A stretch of DNA of 64,000 nucleotides from Octopus sinensis (GCF_006345805.1 NC_043003.1:7626001-7690000), one strand, 5' to 3'. Counted from the stretch's first letter, positions 26,459 through 40,041 are shown. Program-made: numbers and translations. The notes: generated by a model not told the origin, from the letters alone.

Positions 26459-26629
26459 GGTCAAATTATAGTCTTTACATAATTTATGGTGGACAATACG
26501 TGCAACAATGTCATACATCCTTTTGTGCAAGTTTACAGCATCAGGTTCTATGCCATTTTGTTTTTACCTATGGACTCCTTTGATTCCTCTTTTAATCTAT
26601 AGGATTTCTATAGCCATTCGATGTATATA

Positions 26630-27060
26630 TTTTCGTATTCGTATTCGTATTTATTGTCAAGGTAGTAGTAGGATTTATCGAAGAAGTTTCGTGGGAATAT
26701 TGAATTCACCAGCGGTCCCCGACATCCCGCATGCATATCCCGAGTGACGGGACGCCCTGTTTGCCGCGGAGTCTCCACAGACGCAGGGACAGAACGACCT
26801 CGAAGCCGCCAGTTGCCGATCAGACGTCTCTTGGAAGTTTTACCAGAGCCCCGTTGGCCAGGCTGCGGCCCTAATACCGCTCGGTGCCAGACCAATCCGC
26901 CTTGGGTGGCCCTACCAGGAACCGAAGTTCCTGACGTCATAGCTCTGACACTGCCCGTTTACACCACCCTTCCGCTTTGAGGAGGGGTTGGACTTTTAGG
27001 TTCGTGATGCCGTTAGGACGAGAGAAGAAGCCGGCTCAACTCGCCATGGGTGAACACCCT
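26630..27060. mobile_element. GC-rich transposon-like fragment, class uncertain
   Basis: GC island in AT-rich surroundings; minus strand has AATAAA followed by (TACGAA)3; plus strand has GGCCCTACCAGGAAC...CATAGCTCT, reminiscent of RTE 5' UTRs. No recognisable protein. Confidence 0.3.
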
Positions 27061-28320
27061 CGCAAGTACCAGTAAGTAAGATGTATGTGTATTCTTTTTT
27101 AAAAATTCTTTTGTTCTTTTACTTGTTTCAGTCATTTGACTGCGACCATACTGGAGCACCGCCTTCACTCGAACAAATCGACCCCAGAATTTATTCTTTG
27201 TAAGCTTAGTACTTATTCTACCGGTCTCTTTGTGCCGAACCGCTAAGTTACGGGGACGCAAACACACCAATACCAGTTTTCAAGCGAAGGCTGCAGACAA
27301 ACACAGACACCAAATAAATACACATACACACACGCGCGCGTTCGCACGTACGCGCTCATATAGATATAGTCAATTCAAGGATGTTCGATCCACATTAGGG
27401 ATTATATAATCCCTAAAAATTCCACTGGTTAATCACTATTTTGTAAGGAGAAAGTCTCGACTACATGTTAGGGCTTATTGTAGTAATACATATTATTAAT
27501 ATTGAAAGGAAGAAAATGGAGAAAGATGGATGTTTAAATAATTTATTTGTATGATATAAAGATGTTGAAGTTTTTTATATAATAACAAAACAAATAAATT
27601 ATAAGTTGTAAGCTCTAAAAGAAATGGCAGATGCGAAAAGCCTACATATATGTTTCGGTTCATGCCCCTAGCTGATACGTAATTCTGAGCATTTAGTTAT
27701 ATGCTAAGAATTGGCATAATTTTCAACTATATGGGGCAAGATCTCGTCAGGGTTTCATGAGCTTATAGAGGGAATGGTTAACGTATTTCTTGAAAGGATG
27801 CATACAAAATAGCAATAAGTTTAAGAAGTTAGATCCTATATGCAATGTTAATGTGTCTAGCTAGTGAGTTATAGATATTAGTAAATATACGATAAAGAAA
27901 ATAAAGTAAATAAAAATAGCATAAAAATAAGGGCAAAGAAAGAAGATAAGAAGGATAAAAATATAAATATATGTAATATATATATTGTAAAAAGAAAAGA
28001 ATAATACTTAGATATGCAAGGGAATAATAAAATAAAATTATTAGTCAACCGCCATAGATAAATTATTTCCAACCGTCTTAGATAAATTATTATTGGTTTG
28101 GTTCAGGAAAACTATAGATGAGTAGCGCTCGCGTTGTTATGTGTCATATTGAAAATCAAGTATTGATAAAAGGTTGAAGAATTGACCTTTAAGATATGTA
28201 TCTTGTAAGCCTTACTTATAAACTGTTAGTCATCGATATATAAAATGTATATATTCAAATTAACGTGTTTACACATTGGCACAAGTATACATATATATAT
28301 ATACTTAGTATATATACTCT

Positions 28321-28387
<67 letters not shown>

Positions 28388-28567
28388 TAACACGCGTTTT
28401 ATGTATTATATATACATATATGTTTTATATTATTTTGCAATTTACTAATCATCGTTATATTATGTTATTTTATTTTTAATATTTCTATTATATGTAATTT
28501 TCTAGATGCTGTAATTTAATTGTTCATTTTCAATTGATAAAAGGTGGTTTTTTTTCTAATTTACATA

Positions 28568-29119
28568 CACAAAAGCCTCTCCGCAGTGAATTTTTCATCC
28601 TGCGCATGCGCAACTTAGCTTTCACTGCGTGGGCGGCCGGATGTCAGCTGAAAGTGAACTTAAAAATGCATACTTTCACCAAGATGGAGCTACAGCACAA
28701 ACTTCGCGCATCACCATGACACTGTTTCAAGAGATTTTTTTCGGTGAATGGATTATTTGGAAGGGACTTTGGCCACCAAGATCACCTGATTTAATGCCGC
28801 CAAACATTTTTTTTCTGGGGATCAAGTAAAGGATCAGCGTACTAGAATCGCCCGAAAACCATTAAAAAGCTAAAAGAGACAATCATAACCTTCATACGGT
28901 CCATATTGCGTCAGACTCTCCAAGATGTATTTCAAAACAAGTGTAGAAGAGTCAACTTATGTTTTGAAAATGAAGGACGACACTTTTAACACTTCTTATA
29001 AGGTTTTTAAAGTCTTGTTCTTGAAAAATCTAATATATTCTTTTGTAGTCTTATACCACCTCATAAATATTTATTTAGCAATAAAATACTAACTGCGGAG
29101 AGACTTTTTGAACACCCTG
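28568..29119 (+). mobile_element. Internally deleted Tc1/mariner element
   Basis: YFHQDGATAQT...LWPPRSPDLMP...RRVNLCFENEGRHF; right TIR ACTGCGGAGAGACTTTTTGAACACCCTG|TA; degenerate left TIR CAAAAGCCTCTCCGCAGT. Confidence 0.88.
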
Positions 29120-29368
29120 TATTATATATGTGTGCGTATGTGTGTGTATGTATATATATATATGTATGAGTATATATATATATCACGTGATCACGTGACC
29201 GACCAGACCATCAGATGTTGTTACACATCGCTGGTCACAATGCGTTCGCATTGTTTTAGCCTTCGAATGACGCCATCCCGCTAGCTAAGCGAGCAGGTCA
29301 ATATATATATATATACTCATACATATATATATATACGCATACATATATACGTACGCACACAGACATAT

Positions 29369-29431
<63 letters not shown>

Positions 29432-29589
29432 GATAATATATATAACGACGGGCTCTTCAGTTTCCATCTACCAAATCCACTCACAAGTCATTGGTCGGCC
29501 CGTGGCTGTTGTAGGAGGCACTTGCCCAAGGTGCCACACAGTGGAACTAAACCCAGAACCACATGTGGTTGGGAAGCAAGCTTCTTATT

Positions 29590-30000
29590 TCTTATTTCTG
29601 ACCACAAGGGGCTACACACAGAGGGGACAAACAAGGACAGACAAATGGATTAAGTTGATTATATCGATCCCAGTGCGTAACTGGTACTTATTTAATCGAC
29701 CCCGAAAGGATGAAAGGCAAAGTCGACCTCGGCAGAATTTGAACTCAGAACGTAACCGCAGACGAAATACGTATTTCTTTACCACCCACAAGGGACTAAA
29801 CATAGAGGGGACAAACAAGGACAGACAAACGGATTAAGTTGATTATATCGACTCCAGTGCGTAACTGGCACTTATTTAATCAACTCCGAAAGGATGAAAG
29901 GCAAAGTCGACCTCAGCGGAATTTGAACTCAGAACGTAGCGGCAGACGAAATACCGCTAAGCATTCCACCCGGCAGGCTAACATTTCTGCCAGCTCGCAA
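29590..30000 (-). mobile_element. SINE-B dimer
   Basis: One head and two tail-1 units. Confidence 0.8.
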
Positions 30001-30223
30001 GCTTCTTAGCACACAGCCACTCCTGCGCCTAAAAAGATAAGACGAAATGCCGTTAAGTATTTTGTCCAGTGCGATAAGGATTCTGTCAGCTAAAAGTCCT
30101 ACTGTGTTTTCACTATTAAATATCAATAAGAATGGTATAAAAGTTTTTAAAATTATTTTGTGTGGTGTAGAAATAAATATAAGCAATTTATTTCACATAA
30201 ATTTTAACAGTAAACACTTATAT

Positions 30224-30601
30224 AAGCATAGGAGTGGCTGTGTGGTAAGTAGCTTGCTTACGAACCATATGGTTCCGGGTTCAGTCCCACTGTGTGACAC
30301 CTTGGGCAAGGGTCTTCTACTATAGCTTCGGGTGGACCAAAGCCTTGTGAGTGGATTTGGTAGACGGAAACTGAATGAAACCCGTCGTATATATGTATAT
30401 GTTTGCGTGTCTGTTTGTCCCCACCAACATCGCTTGACAATCGATGGTGGTGTGTTTATGTCCCCGTAACTTAGCGGTTCAGCAAAAAATGACCGATAGA
30501 ATAAGTAGTAGGCTTACAAAGAATTTGGGGCCGATTTGCTCGACTAAACGCGGTGCTCCAGCATGGCCACAGTCGAATGACTGAAAGAAGTAAAAAGAGA
30601 G
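30224..30601 (+). mobile_element. SINE-A, full length
   Basis: Head to tail, with a short internal microsatellite. Confidence 0.88.
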
Positions 30602-31156
30602 TATGGGCGCCCAAGCGTCATATGGACCCCCAGTTAAGAACCACTGGTCAACATAGAAATGAATCATCGTTGTGATTGGCAGGATGTTCCAATGTGTGCC
30701 ATCGAAGTGCACACATATCGAGATACGCGATGAGGGTTATCAAGGAGAGAGAGACTTTCTCTAGTATCGTAAAATTCATAGTTCTGCTGATTGTAGAAAG
30801 CCGTTTGGTAATATTTTCACACATTCCACCAAGTCATCCTTTTATAATAGAAATTACCATTGCCGCCTTGCAGTTCTAAAACCTTTAAAGCCCCGCTTCG
30901 GATCCTTATACTTAGTCTGTCGACTCATTTCCTTTCAGTTGCTTTCTCTTGTATAACGATATGGAAATCCAAATGAATTGTTCCTTGCTCCTCTGGATTT
31001 TCTCGATTGTCTGATAAATCTCAACATTTTTCGTTGGCCTATGTTCACACCACTTTTATGGATCTTATCGTCTGTGCGTTTTGCATGGTCACCATTGAAC
31101 AGGGTAAGTAGTCCTGCCGTGTCTCCAGCCATTTTAAAGAACGCCAATTATCAATT

Positions 31157-31198
31157 GCTACTACTACCACCACCACAACCATCACTACTACTACTACT

Positions 31199-31281
<83 letters not shown>

Positions 31282-31302
31282 ACCACCATCACCACCACCA
31301 CA

Positions 31303-31335
<33 letters not shown>

Positions 31336-31382
31336 GTTGCTGCTGCTGCTGGTGATGATGATGATGATATTGCTGCTGCTGT

Positions 31383-31480
<98 letters not shown>

Positions 31481-31531
31481 TTACTACTACCACCATCACA
31501 ACCACCACTACTACTAATGCTGCTGCTGCTG

Positions 31532-31586
<55 letters not shown>

Positions 31587-31615
31587 CTACCACCACCACC
31601 ACCACCACCAACACC
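31157..31615. repeat. Compound trinucleotide repeat (CTA)n/(CTG)n/(CAC)n/(GAT)n
   Basis: Direct inspection; source of the poly-S/V/L ORFs. Confidence 0.95.
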
Positions 31616-32015
31616 AGCTGGCGGAAACGTTAGCACGCCGGGCGAAATGCATAGCGGTATTTCGTCTGTCGTTACGTTCTGAGTTCAAATTCCACCGAGG
31701 TCGACTTTGCCTTTCATCCTTTCGGGGTCAATAAATTAAGTACCAGTTACGCACTGGGGTCGATGCAATCGACTTAATCCGTTTGTCTGTCCTTGTTTGT
31801 CCCCTCTGTGTGTAGCCCCTTGTGGGTAGTAAAGAAATAGCTATTTCGTCCGCCTTTACGTTCTGAGTTCAAATCCCGCAGAAGTCCACTTTCCCTTTCA
31901 TCTTTTCGGGGTCGATAAATTAAGTACCAGCCAAGTACTAGGGCCGATGTAATTGACTAGTCCCTCCCCCCACTAAATTTTAGGCCTTGTGCCTTTAGTA
32001 GAAATGATTATGATT
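31615..32015 (+). mobile_element. SINE-B dimer (tail 1 then tail 2)
   Basis: One head and two units; the second ends AGGCCTTGTGCCTTTAGTAGAAATGATT. Confidence 0.8.
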
Positions 32016-32432
32016 ATTACTAGTTTACGTCTGTCGCTACGCTGCCGGATAAAAATATTTCTAAATCATGAACATCCTTTCATATATTGTGCAAATAATG
32101 TGCAGATTGGTTTTCTTGGTGAACATGAAAAGCTTGAATACCGTTGAGCAATAAAATTTATTTCAAACACTTTTTGACAGACTTACACTTAGAGTTCCTG
32201 TGTTTCTAATCAAAACTTGTTAGTTACAATGGTGACAACAATACCTAACTATCTATCCTTCACACTCAATAGCAACCATTTCTCCCCGCTTCCTTTATTC
32301 AAAGCGAAATTCTTTTTTAAAATCTGTATTGTGTTCGCTATAAGCTATAAGTTGAAAGAAACAGAAACACACACACACACACACACAAACACATACACAC
32401 ACAACACACACACACACACACACACACACAAC

Positions 32433-32466
<34 letters not shown>

Positions 32467-32640
32467 TATATACTCACTCATACAACCCCGAAAATAATTA
32501 TATATCTTTCAAAACTTGTTAGTTCCGATGGTAACAACACTACGGATCTATCTTTCACACACACACACACACCACAACACACTCTGTCTGTCTGACTGTC
32601 TCTTTCTCTCCCCCACGCACACAACACACACACACACACA

Positions 32641-32673
<33 letters not shown>

Positions 32674-32836
32674 TTTCTCTCTCTCACACGCACACATTTA
32701 TTTCTCTCTCAAAAACTTTTTCTCCCCACCCCCACTTCTAAAAATACATTGTCACGTATATTTTGATTCTTCCCCTTCTTTACGATCCTCATATAAATGT
32801 TTTGCACGGACAAACACGGAGATCCGCTTGTCCTTA

Positions 32837-32957
<121 letters not shown>

Positions 32958-33696
32958 ACCCTCAAAGCACCAAGACGTTTTTCCCTCTCTCTTCGAGACA
33001 CGATTTATTCAAGCATTTACCAGATGATATTTTCTTTGAGGTGCTTGGAATATAATTATCAAAGAAAAGCCTACCCTCAGTACCCGGGGGGGGGGGCAGA
33101 CAAAAAGAAAGCAAAATTTTGAAATTCCTAAAATTCATTTAGTTACATATATAAAACATTTGCATGCAAAATGGCTGTCGAGCATTCACATGTCACGTGA
33201 TTGATCCTAAAAAAGCAGACAGAGAGGAAACAACGCTCCACATGCTCAAAAACAAAAAAAAAAAAAAAGCTAGTTCAATGGAGACTTAGAAGATAAAAAT
33301 ACAAATGTTTCAGATGTTCGTATAAGTAGTTTCGAAAATGACAATGAAAGTAGATAAACAATAGGAGTGCCGTCTCTTATGCGAAACACTGTTTCGTTTA
33401 TAAAATAGTGTGTCAAGTGAAGCTTTCCTGATCACATACTCTTTATTTTCTCTTTTACTCTTTTACTTGTTTCAGTCATTTTGACAGCGGCCATGCTGGA
33501 GCACCGCCTTTTAGTCGAGCAAAATCGACCCCAGGACTTGTTCTTTGTAAGCCTAGTACTTATTCTATTGGTCTCTTTTGCCGAACCGCTAGGTTACGGG
33601 GACCTAAACACACCAGCATCGGTTGTCAAGCGATGTTGGGGGAGGGGACAAACACAGCCACACAAACACACTCACATACATACATACATACATACA

Positions 33697-33728
<32 letters not shown>

Positions 33729-33818
33729 ACATATATATATATATATATATGGTGGTGCTATTAAGTTAGACATGGCCTGGGCCAATCAATAATGGCTGAA
33801 ATCTATCAAAGTATCAAA

Positions 33819-33900
<82 letters not shown>

Positions 33901-33904
<4 letters not shown>

Positions 33905-34110
33905 ATCCAAACAAGAAAACAAAGAAAAAAAGAGAAAAAAAGAGAAAAAAAACACAGCAACGCAGGACGTGGAACAATTAAAGTATTATTGACGCTCGGA
34001 AAGAAGAAGGGAAGGAGGGTTTAACGTTCGAGCGGAGCTCTTCGTCGGAAACAAGGAGAAGGAAAGATCCCAAGGAGGGAAGACAGAGGAGACAATATTT
34101 GAGCTGGTGG
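33901..34110 (-). mobile_element. Short TA-abutting element, family H1
   Basis: Reverse complement of 57298-57502 and 58988-59195; same GGATTAAC|(TA)n junction; hammerhead-like motif at 34019-34052 lacking one A of GAAA. Confidence 0.75.
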
Positions 34111-34227
34111 TGCTTAAGAGATCACATATATATATATAAAACATAGTAAATAGGGTAATAAAAATAAATTACTATTACCAGTAACCTAGCACAAAAGACG
34201 AATTAGTCATTAGACTATATGTTATTC

Positions 34228-34367
34228 ATATATAAATACATTAAAAGGCCTCTAAATAAAGAGCGAGTGCTAGATACACAAAGGGGATAAATTCATTGAA
34301 ATTATCCCCTTTTTGTGTGTCTAGCACTCGCTTCTTTATTTAGAGGTCTTTTAATGTATTTATATAT
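34228..34367. repeat. Imperfect fold-back (~65-bp arms, ~10-nt loop) bounded by TA
   Basis: ATATATAAATACATTAAAAGGCCTCTAAATAAAGAGCGAGTGCTAGATACACAAAGGGGATAA is mirrored with few mismatches. Confidence 0.9.
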
Positions 34368-34386
34368 ATATATATATATTATATAT

Positions 34387-34419
<33 letters not shown>

Positions 34420-34525
34420 TTCAGCAAAATTTAGATTCAGATGAATATGGTACTTAAGTTAAGGCACCAGCATTTGTATGGTATTATCCATATATAAATC
34501 AAATGGGGTGAATATAATCAAAAAT

Positions 34526-34591
34526 AGCAACAAGGATATCCCAGGTAGTGTAGTACAATTGTACTACACTACCTGGGATATCCTTGTTGCT
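34526..34591. repeat. Perfect 66-bp palindrome (no spacer) plus a third arm at 34620-34652
   Basis: AGCAACAAGGATATCCCAGGTAGTGTAGTACAA|TTGTACTACACTACCTGGGATATCCTTGTTGCT, checked base by base. Confidence 0.95.
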
Positions 34592-34679
34592 TATTTTGAT
34601 TATATATATATATATATAATTGTACTACACTACCTAGGATATCCTTGTTGCTATTTATATATACACATAAAATAAATAA

Positions 34680-34735
<56 letters not shown>

Positions 34736-34963
34736 TGAATTTAAACAACACAACACATCACATGCTCTTAATCCTTTGGATCTTACACCTCAAGGTAATT
34801 TTTTGGTAAACAACCATAAAACTCAAGATACACAACGAACTCACAATGTATCGGAGAACTTATTTTTAATTTTTGTACATTTTATCATTATTCTTTTACA
34901 AAAAACAATGCAATTTCTTTTTTTCCCCTTTCTAATTTTTAAAAAAACTTCTTAAAACATAAA

Positions 34964-35004
34964 TATTCTTGACAAGTCATACAATGACGAAAACCGGTTG
35001 AATA
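34964..35004 (+). ncRNA. Minimal type I hammerhead-like motif with U3-A8 core
   Basis: Stem I TATTC/GAATA; core TTGACAA; stem II GTCA-tacaa-TGAC; GAAAA (one extra A); palindromic stem III ACCGGT; GUU triplet. Confidence 0.55.
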
Positions 35005-35140
35005 AATATATATTTATATATTTTATCATTTTCTCATTTTATTAAAATTTTCTTTCATTTGAGCATTCTGCATTTAAAAAAAAAATTTCCTTACTTATCA
35101 TTTCTCCACGTGCGGTCAACACAACCCCACCATTTATTGA

Positions 35141-35215
<75 letters not shown>

Positions 35216-35303
35216 CATACACACATAATACACCACACACACACATTTAAAAAAATTTTATCTTGTTTCAGCTCACGAGCTGTGGCCATGCTGGAGCACC
35301 GCC

Positions 35304-35348
<45 letters not shown>

Positions 35349-35690
35349 TACGACGGGCTTCTTTTAGTTTCCGTCTACCAAATCCACTCACAAGGCTTTG
35401 GTCGGCCCGAGGCTATAGTAGAAGACACTTGCCCAAGGTGCCACACAGTGGTACCGAACCCGGAACCATGTGGTTCGTAAGCAAGCTACTTACCACACAG
35501 CCACTCCTGCGCCTGAACAAACAGAACTTTTAGATATATAACATTACAGGGGAGGTGGAGGCAAAAAAAAAAAAAACATTGTTGGGAGAATTTCGTAAAA
35601 CCGTACAGCATAGGAGCTGATCTAAGAAAAAGCAAAGAGAATAATTATACACCCCTGTTTATGAAAGGGCTGAAATAAATTAAATATCAA

Positions 35691-36091
35691 AAGCGCAGGA
35701 GTGGCTGTGTGGTAAGTAGCTTGCTAACCAACCACATGGTTCCGGGTTCAGTCCCACTGCGTGGCATCTTGGGCAAGTGTCTTCTGCTATAGCCCCGGGC
35801 CGACCAATGCCTTGTCAGTGGATTCGGTAGACGGAAACTGAAAGAAGCCTGTCGTATATATGTATATATATATATGTATGTGTGTGTTTGTCCCCCTAGC
35901 ATTGCTTGACAACCGATGCTGGTGTGTTTACGTCCCCGTCACGTAGCGGTTCGGCAAAAGAGACCGATAGAATAAGTACTGGGCTTACTAAAAGAATAAG
36001 TCCCGGGGTCGATTTGCTCGACTAAAGGCGGTGCCCCAGCATGGCCGCAGTCAAATGACTGAAACAAGTAAAAGAGTAAAAGAGTAAAGAG
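35691..36091 (+). mobile_element. SINE-A, full length, young-looking
   Basis: Close to the window consensus; (GTAAAAGA)3 tail. Confidence 0.9.
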
Positions 36092-36726
36092 GCCTTAGGG
36101 CAAATAATTACAAGCTCTTCAGGGCATATCGGAAGAAATCATTTCAGCTTGAAAAAGGAGAAGCTATAGTATCAATTGCTGTACTTTTAGGCGTCAAGAC
36201 CCCCCAAAACACATAGGCTGAAACTGTCAAACACATCCCCTTCTATACATTTGTTCCCTTGTACATGAATCACAGAAGCGTAAGAGCAACGATAAACGAT
36301 ATCGAAAACAAAGTAGGTCTGTGTCTAGTCGCCATTTTGTATTGCAGTATGTGGGAGTGGTGGGAGGTGATATATTGTTAAGGAGGTTCAAATGGATTTT
36401 CAAGTCTTAATGACCCCGGTAAGCCACGAAGCCATACCGGAACTGTGCCCAGTTATAAGGTAATGAGACAAAGGGTCCGGGATTGATAATAGGGTGAGAA
36501 AAGTCTACTTGTTACATTTGTCGTAGTAAGAGCCATTTCAGAGTCGACTGCGCGGAAGAACTGGAAAGGAAGTAGTCGGTGTGTGATAAGAAGCTTTTTT
36601 CTCAACCACATGGTTCTGAGTTCAGTCCCACTGCGTGGCACTATGGGCAAGTGTCTTCTACTATAGCCTCGGGTTGACCAAAGTCTTGCGAGTGGATTTG
36701 GTGGACGGAAACTGAAAGAAACCGTC

Positions 36727-36761
<35 letters not shown>

Positions 36762-36773
36762 CACAGACACAGA

Positions 36774-36824
<51 letters not shown>

Positions 36825-37859
36825 AACGGCAAAATGTCTGTCTGCGTGTCCTTTATACAAATCCACAATTTTTCAGTTAGAGGGCTCGCACTTTCTATGG
36901 TCATTCAAAACCGTCCAAGGGTGGTCGTGCACATCTTTATATTTCCCGAGTCACCCAGCAAAGCCATTAAAAAAATCAATAGAAGTGACATTTTTGTGAA
37001 TTTTTTTCCCCATAAGTACTAGGCTTAAAAATGAGTCCTGGGGTCGATTCGTTCGACTAAAGCATTTCAAAGCGGTGCTCCAGCATGATCGCAGTCAAAT
37101 GACTGAAACAAGTGAAATAATAAAAGAATAAAAACAAGAACGACCAAAATAATGATCAAACAAGACTGTAAAAAAAAAGACCAATAAACAAACCGCAGTT
37201 TCCAGAGCGAAAAGAAAAAGAAAAAAGAGTGACAACCAACAGTACAATTTCCTTATCGGACGATGAAGAAAAAAAGAATAAAATCCAATTGTTGCTGATA
37301 AAATTTACAAACTGTTGGAGAAAATACGAAAGGGTGAAAAAGAAAGAAAATGTTTGAAAAAAATAAATATCCCAGAAGATTAAACATAAACCTGACAAAA
37401 ATGTTGTAGAGAGAAATCTATATACATAAATGTGTAATGGTATCTGTCTGTGTGTGCGTTTGGGGTTCCTCTAACTCCTCCCACACACTCCAACTGATTT
37501 TAATGGTTTTTGGCACATAGGTAGATCACATGCTCTGAAGTTCAAATAAGGCTGGAATTTTTTTCGAAGACTCGATAATGCTCAGTTGGCATCGATTTTT
37601 GTGAGCTCAATCGGGCGTTGGAATGGAAATTCCCATAACGATGTTATTTTTACCTGCAGCTTTTGCATTTTTTGTCCAATTTTGATGAAAACCAATGAGT
37701 GAGCGAGGCTCATGGCAGTGAGTTGATGTCAGTATATGCCGTTGGCAAAAAATCGATAATTACTCTTGAGCAATGGTTTTATAAAAGCAATAGGCTTTTG
37801 CGTACAAATACTCATAGGGATTTTATTTTTGACCGTAACTTTTATATTTTTATATAAAT

Positions 37860-38463
37860 TAGGCGTCGGCAACCTAAACCAGGCCGCGGGCCACTAGGCC
37901 ACGTCTAGGCCACCTCGCGGGCCGCACCCTCTCCCAACCGGAAAAAATAACAAGCACACAAAATCAATGATAATAAATGTAAATTGAACCTTTTTTAAGA
38001 CTTGCAGTAATCACAATGTGAAACGATTACTGCGAAGGCTGGTGATTCTTTGAAACTGATAGAGAGTCAATGTCCGGCTTGATGGACGAGGAGACAAGGA
38101 GGAGAACGTCTTGAAGAGGAGCGTCTTGTTCTTCATCAGCTCCATGCGGCTGAACAGCTGCTCGCAAGATATTTATAACCAAGTCAATTGGAGTAGAAGC
38201 GAAAAATAACTACAGTATCGGAGAAAAGGACGATTTTCTCTTTCTCTCTAAGTCTATCAGAATTCTTCTTCAAAGTTACGTTTATTCAGTGTCAGTATCA
38301 TGAAAGTAGTACGCTGTTCTGGCTGGGGAGAAGACGGCCGCTGATTGGCTCTGTTAAATTTGCCGTCAGTTCTAACAACCCCACTGGGTCGCGGGAAATG
38401 TCTCATAGGCTGCACCTAATGGAAATCCGGACAAGGCGCCGCGGGCTGCAGGTTGCCGACGCA
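37860..38463 (-). mobile_element. Non-autonomous hAT (Charlie/SPIN-like)
   Basis: TIRs TAGGCGTCGGCAAC / GTTGCCGACGCA; 8-bp TSD ATATAAAT/ATGTAAAT (7/8 match); minus strand SCEQLFSRM...SSSIKPDIDSL...Q* (38027-38170) resembles the hAT C-terminal dimerisation segment. Confidence 0.85.
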
Positions 38464-39519
38464 ATGTAAATGGTCACATGGATTCTATTGTATGAGATAA
38501 CCTTAATACTTTTCTTCGGATTTTGCTGAGATTGGACACGCTGATCAATTTTGTACAGAGGGTGTTGTTAAGGGGAGAGAAATAAACAAATATCACTCTC
38601 AGCGGGTCGAGGTACACCTAAAAATTTGACTGCGATTTCAGACGGTCCAGTATGTAGGAGTATGTCGAAAGCGTTAACCGAGTAAAATTCCTGCCGAACC
38701 AGATAGAACATCTTAATGGGTAATAGTTGGCACGGGGAACGTAGAAGATTTCAATACAAGGTCAGAGGTGGGCTTAACTTCAACACGCAAAACACCAGCT
38801 AATAATGATATAAACCTGCTCAGGAAAATGACATAGAAAAATATAAAAGACGAAGAATAAGCTTCATTGTCCGTTGGAAAACCAAACAAATGATTAATAG
38901 ATAAAATGATGTATCTGTTGTCACACGGATTTCCTGAAGAAGTTAGCATGACACAGGAAAAAAAAAACAATCAGATTCAGAATATAAACAATATGAAAAA
39001 GACAGATTGTTAGTAAAAATAAAAGCATGGCATTACTCGAAACTTAAAGAAGCATATGCTAAAGATTTAAGAGTTTCTCAACATCAAAATTCTTACAGGG
39101 TCATTTGACTCCATTCATAGCCATTTCGAGAAATGGCTGATGGAAAAGGGGTGAGAAGTACCCAAAAACCCAACTTGTCTATGTTTTCATGTTTTATTTG
39201 CTTTAAATTACATATTTTTTTTTTGTTTTACTTCTCAGAGCGGTCGGTCTTGTTTCCTCTGGTTGATTCTGTGAAAGTGGACAGCAACCTGTCGTCAGAG
39301 GTCTCACTGGGTCTACTTCCGCTAAAAAAAAGCTGCCTACTCCAACCTCTCCTCCCTATTTAGGATTACACATTGTTGATTTCTTTCTCTTTTTTTTGTT
39401 TACACGCAAAACCCTCACAACGACACACACACACACACATACACACACCACATTCTTTGTTTTGTCCTGTGCTGTCCACAATGCTTTTCTTAATGTAAGG
39501 CCTTGTGTTAGTAATATAG

Positions 39520-39531
39520 AAGTTATCATCA

Positions 39532-39568
<37 letters not shown>

Positions 39569-39644
39569 TGTTGTTATTATTACTATTATTATTATCATTA
39601 TTATTATTACTATTATTATTATTATTATTATTATTTATTATTAC

Positions 39645-39687
<43 letters not shown>

Positions 39688-39722
39688 ATAATAACAATAG
39701 TAATAATAATAATAATAATAAC

Positions 39723-39756
<34 letters not shown>

Positions 39757-39777
39757 GTAATAATAATAATAATAATA

Positions 39778-39808
<31 letters not shown>

Positions 39809-39840
39809 TAGTAATAATAATAATGATAATAATAATAGTA

Positions 39841-39904
<64 letters not shown>

Positions 39905-39996
39905 TAGTAATAATAATAATAATAATAATAGTAATAATAATAATAATAATAGTAATAATAATAATAGTAATAATAATAGTAATAATAATAATAATA

Positions 39997-40041
<45 letters not shown>

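Noticed and set aside
27395-27416. 22-bp perfect palindrome TTAGGGATTATATAATCCCTAA containing telomeric hexamers
   Set aside because: Single hexamers only; there is no telomeric array or other support for a function.
27500-28100. AT-rich hydrophobic ORF suggesting a NUMT or membrane protein
   Set aside because: No mitochondrial gene motif is sustained under either genetic code; the hydrophobicity follows from T-richness.
37417-37860. Helitron-like 5' start (A|TCTATATACATAAATG)
   Set aside because: No matching hairpin-CTAG 3' end was found.
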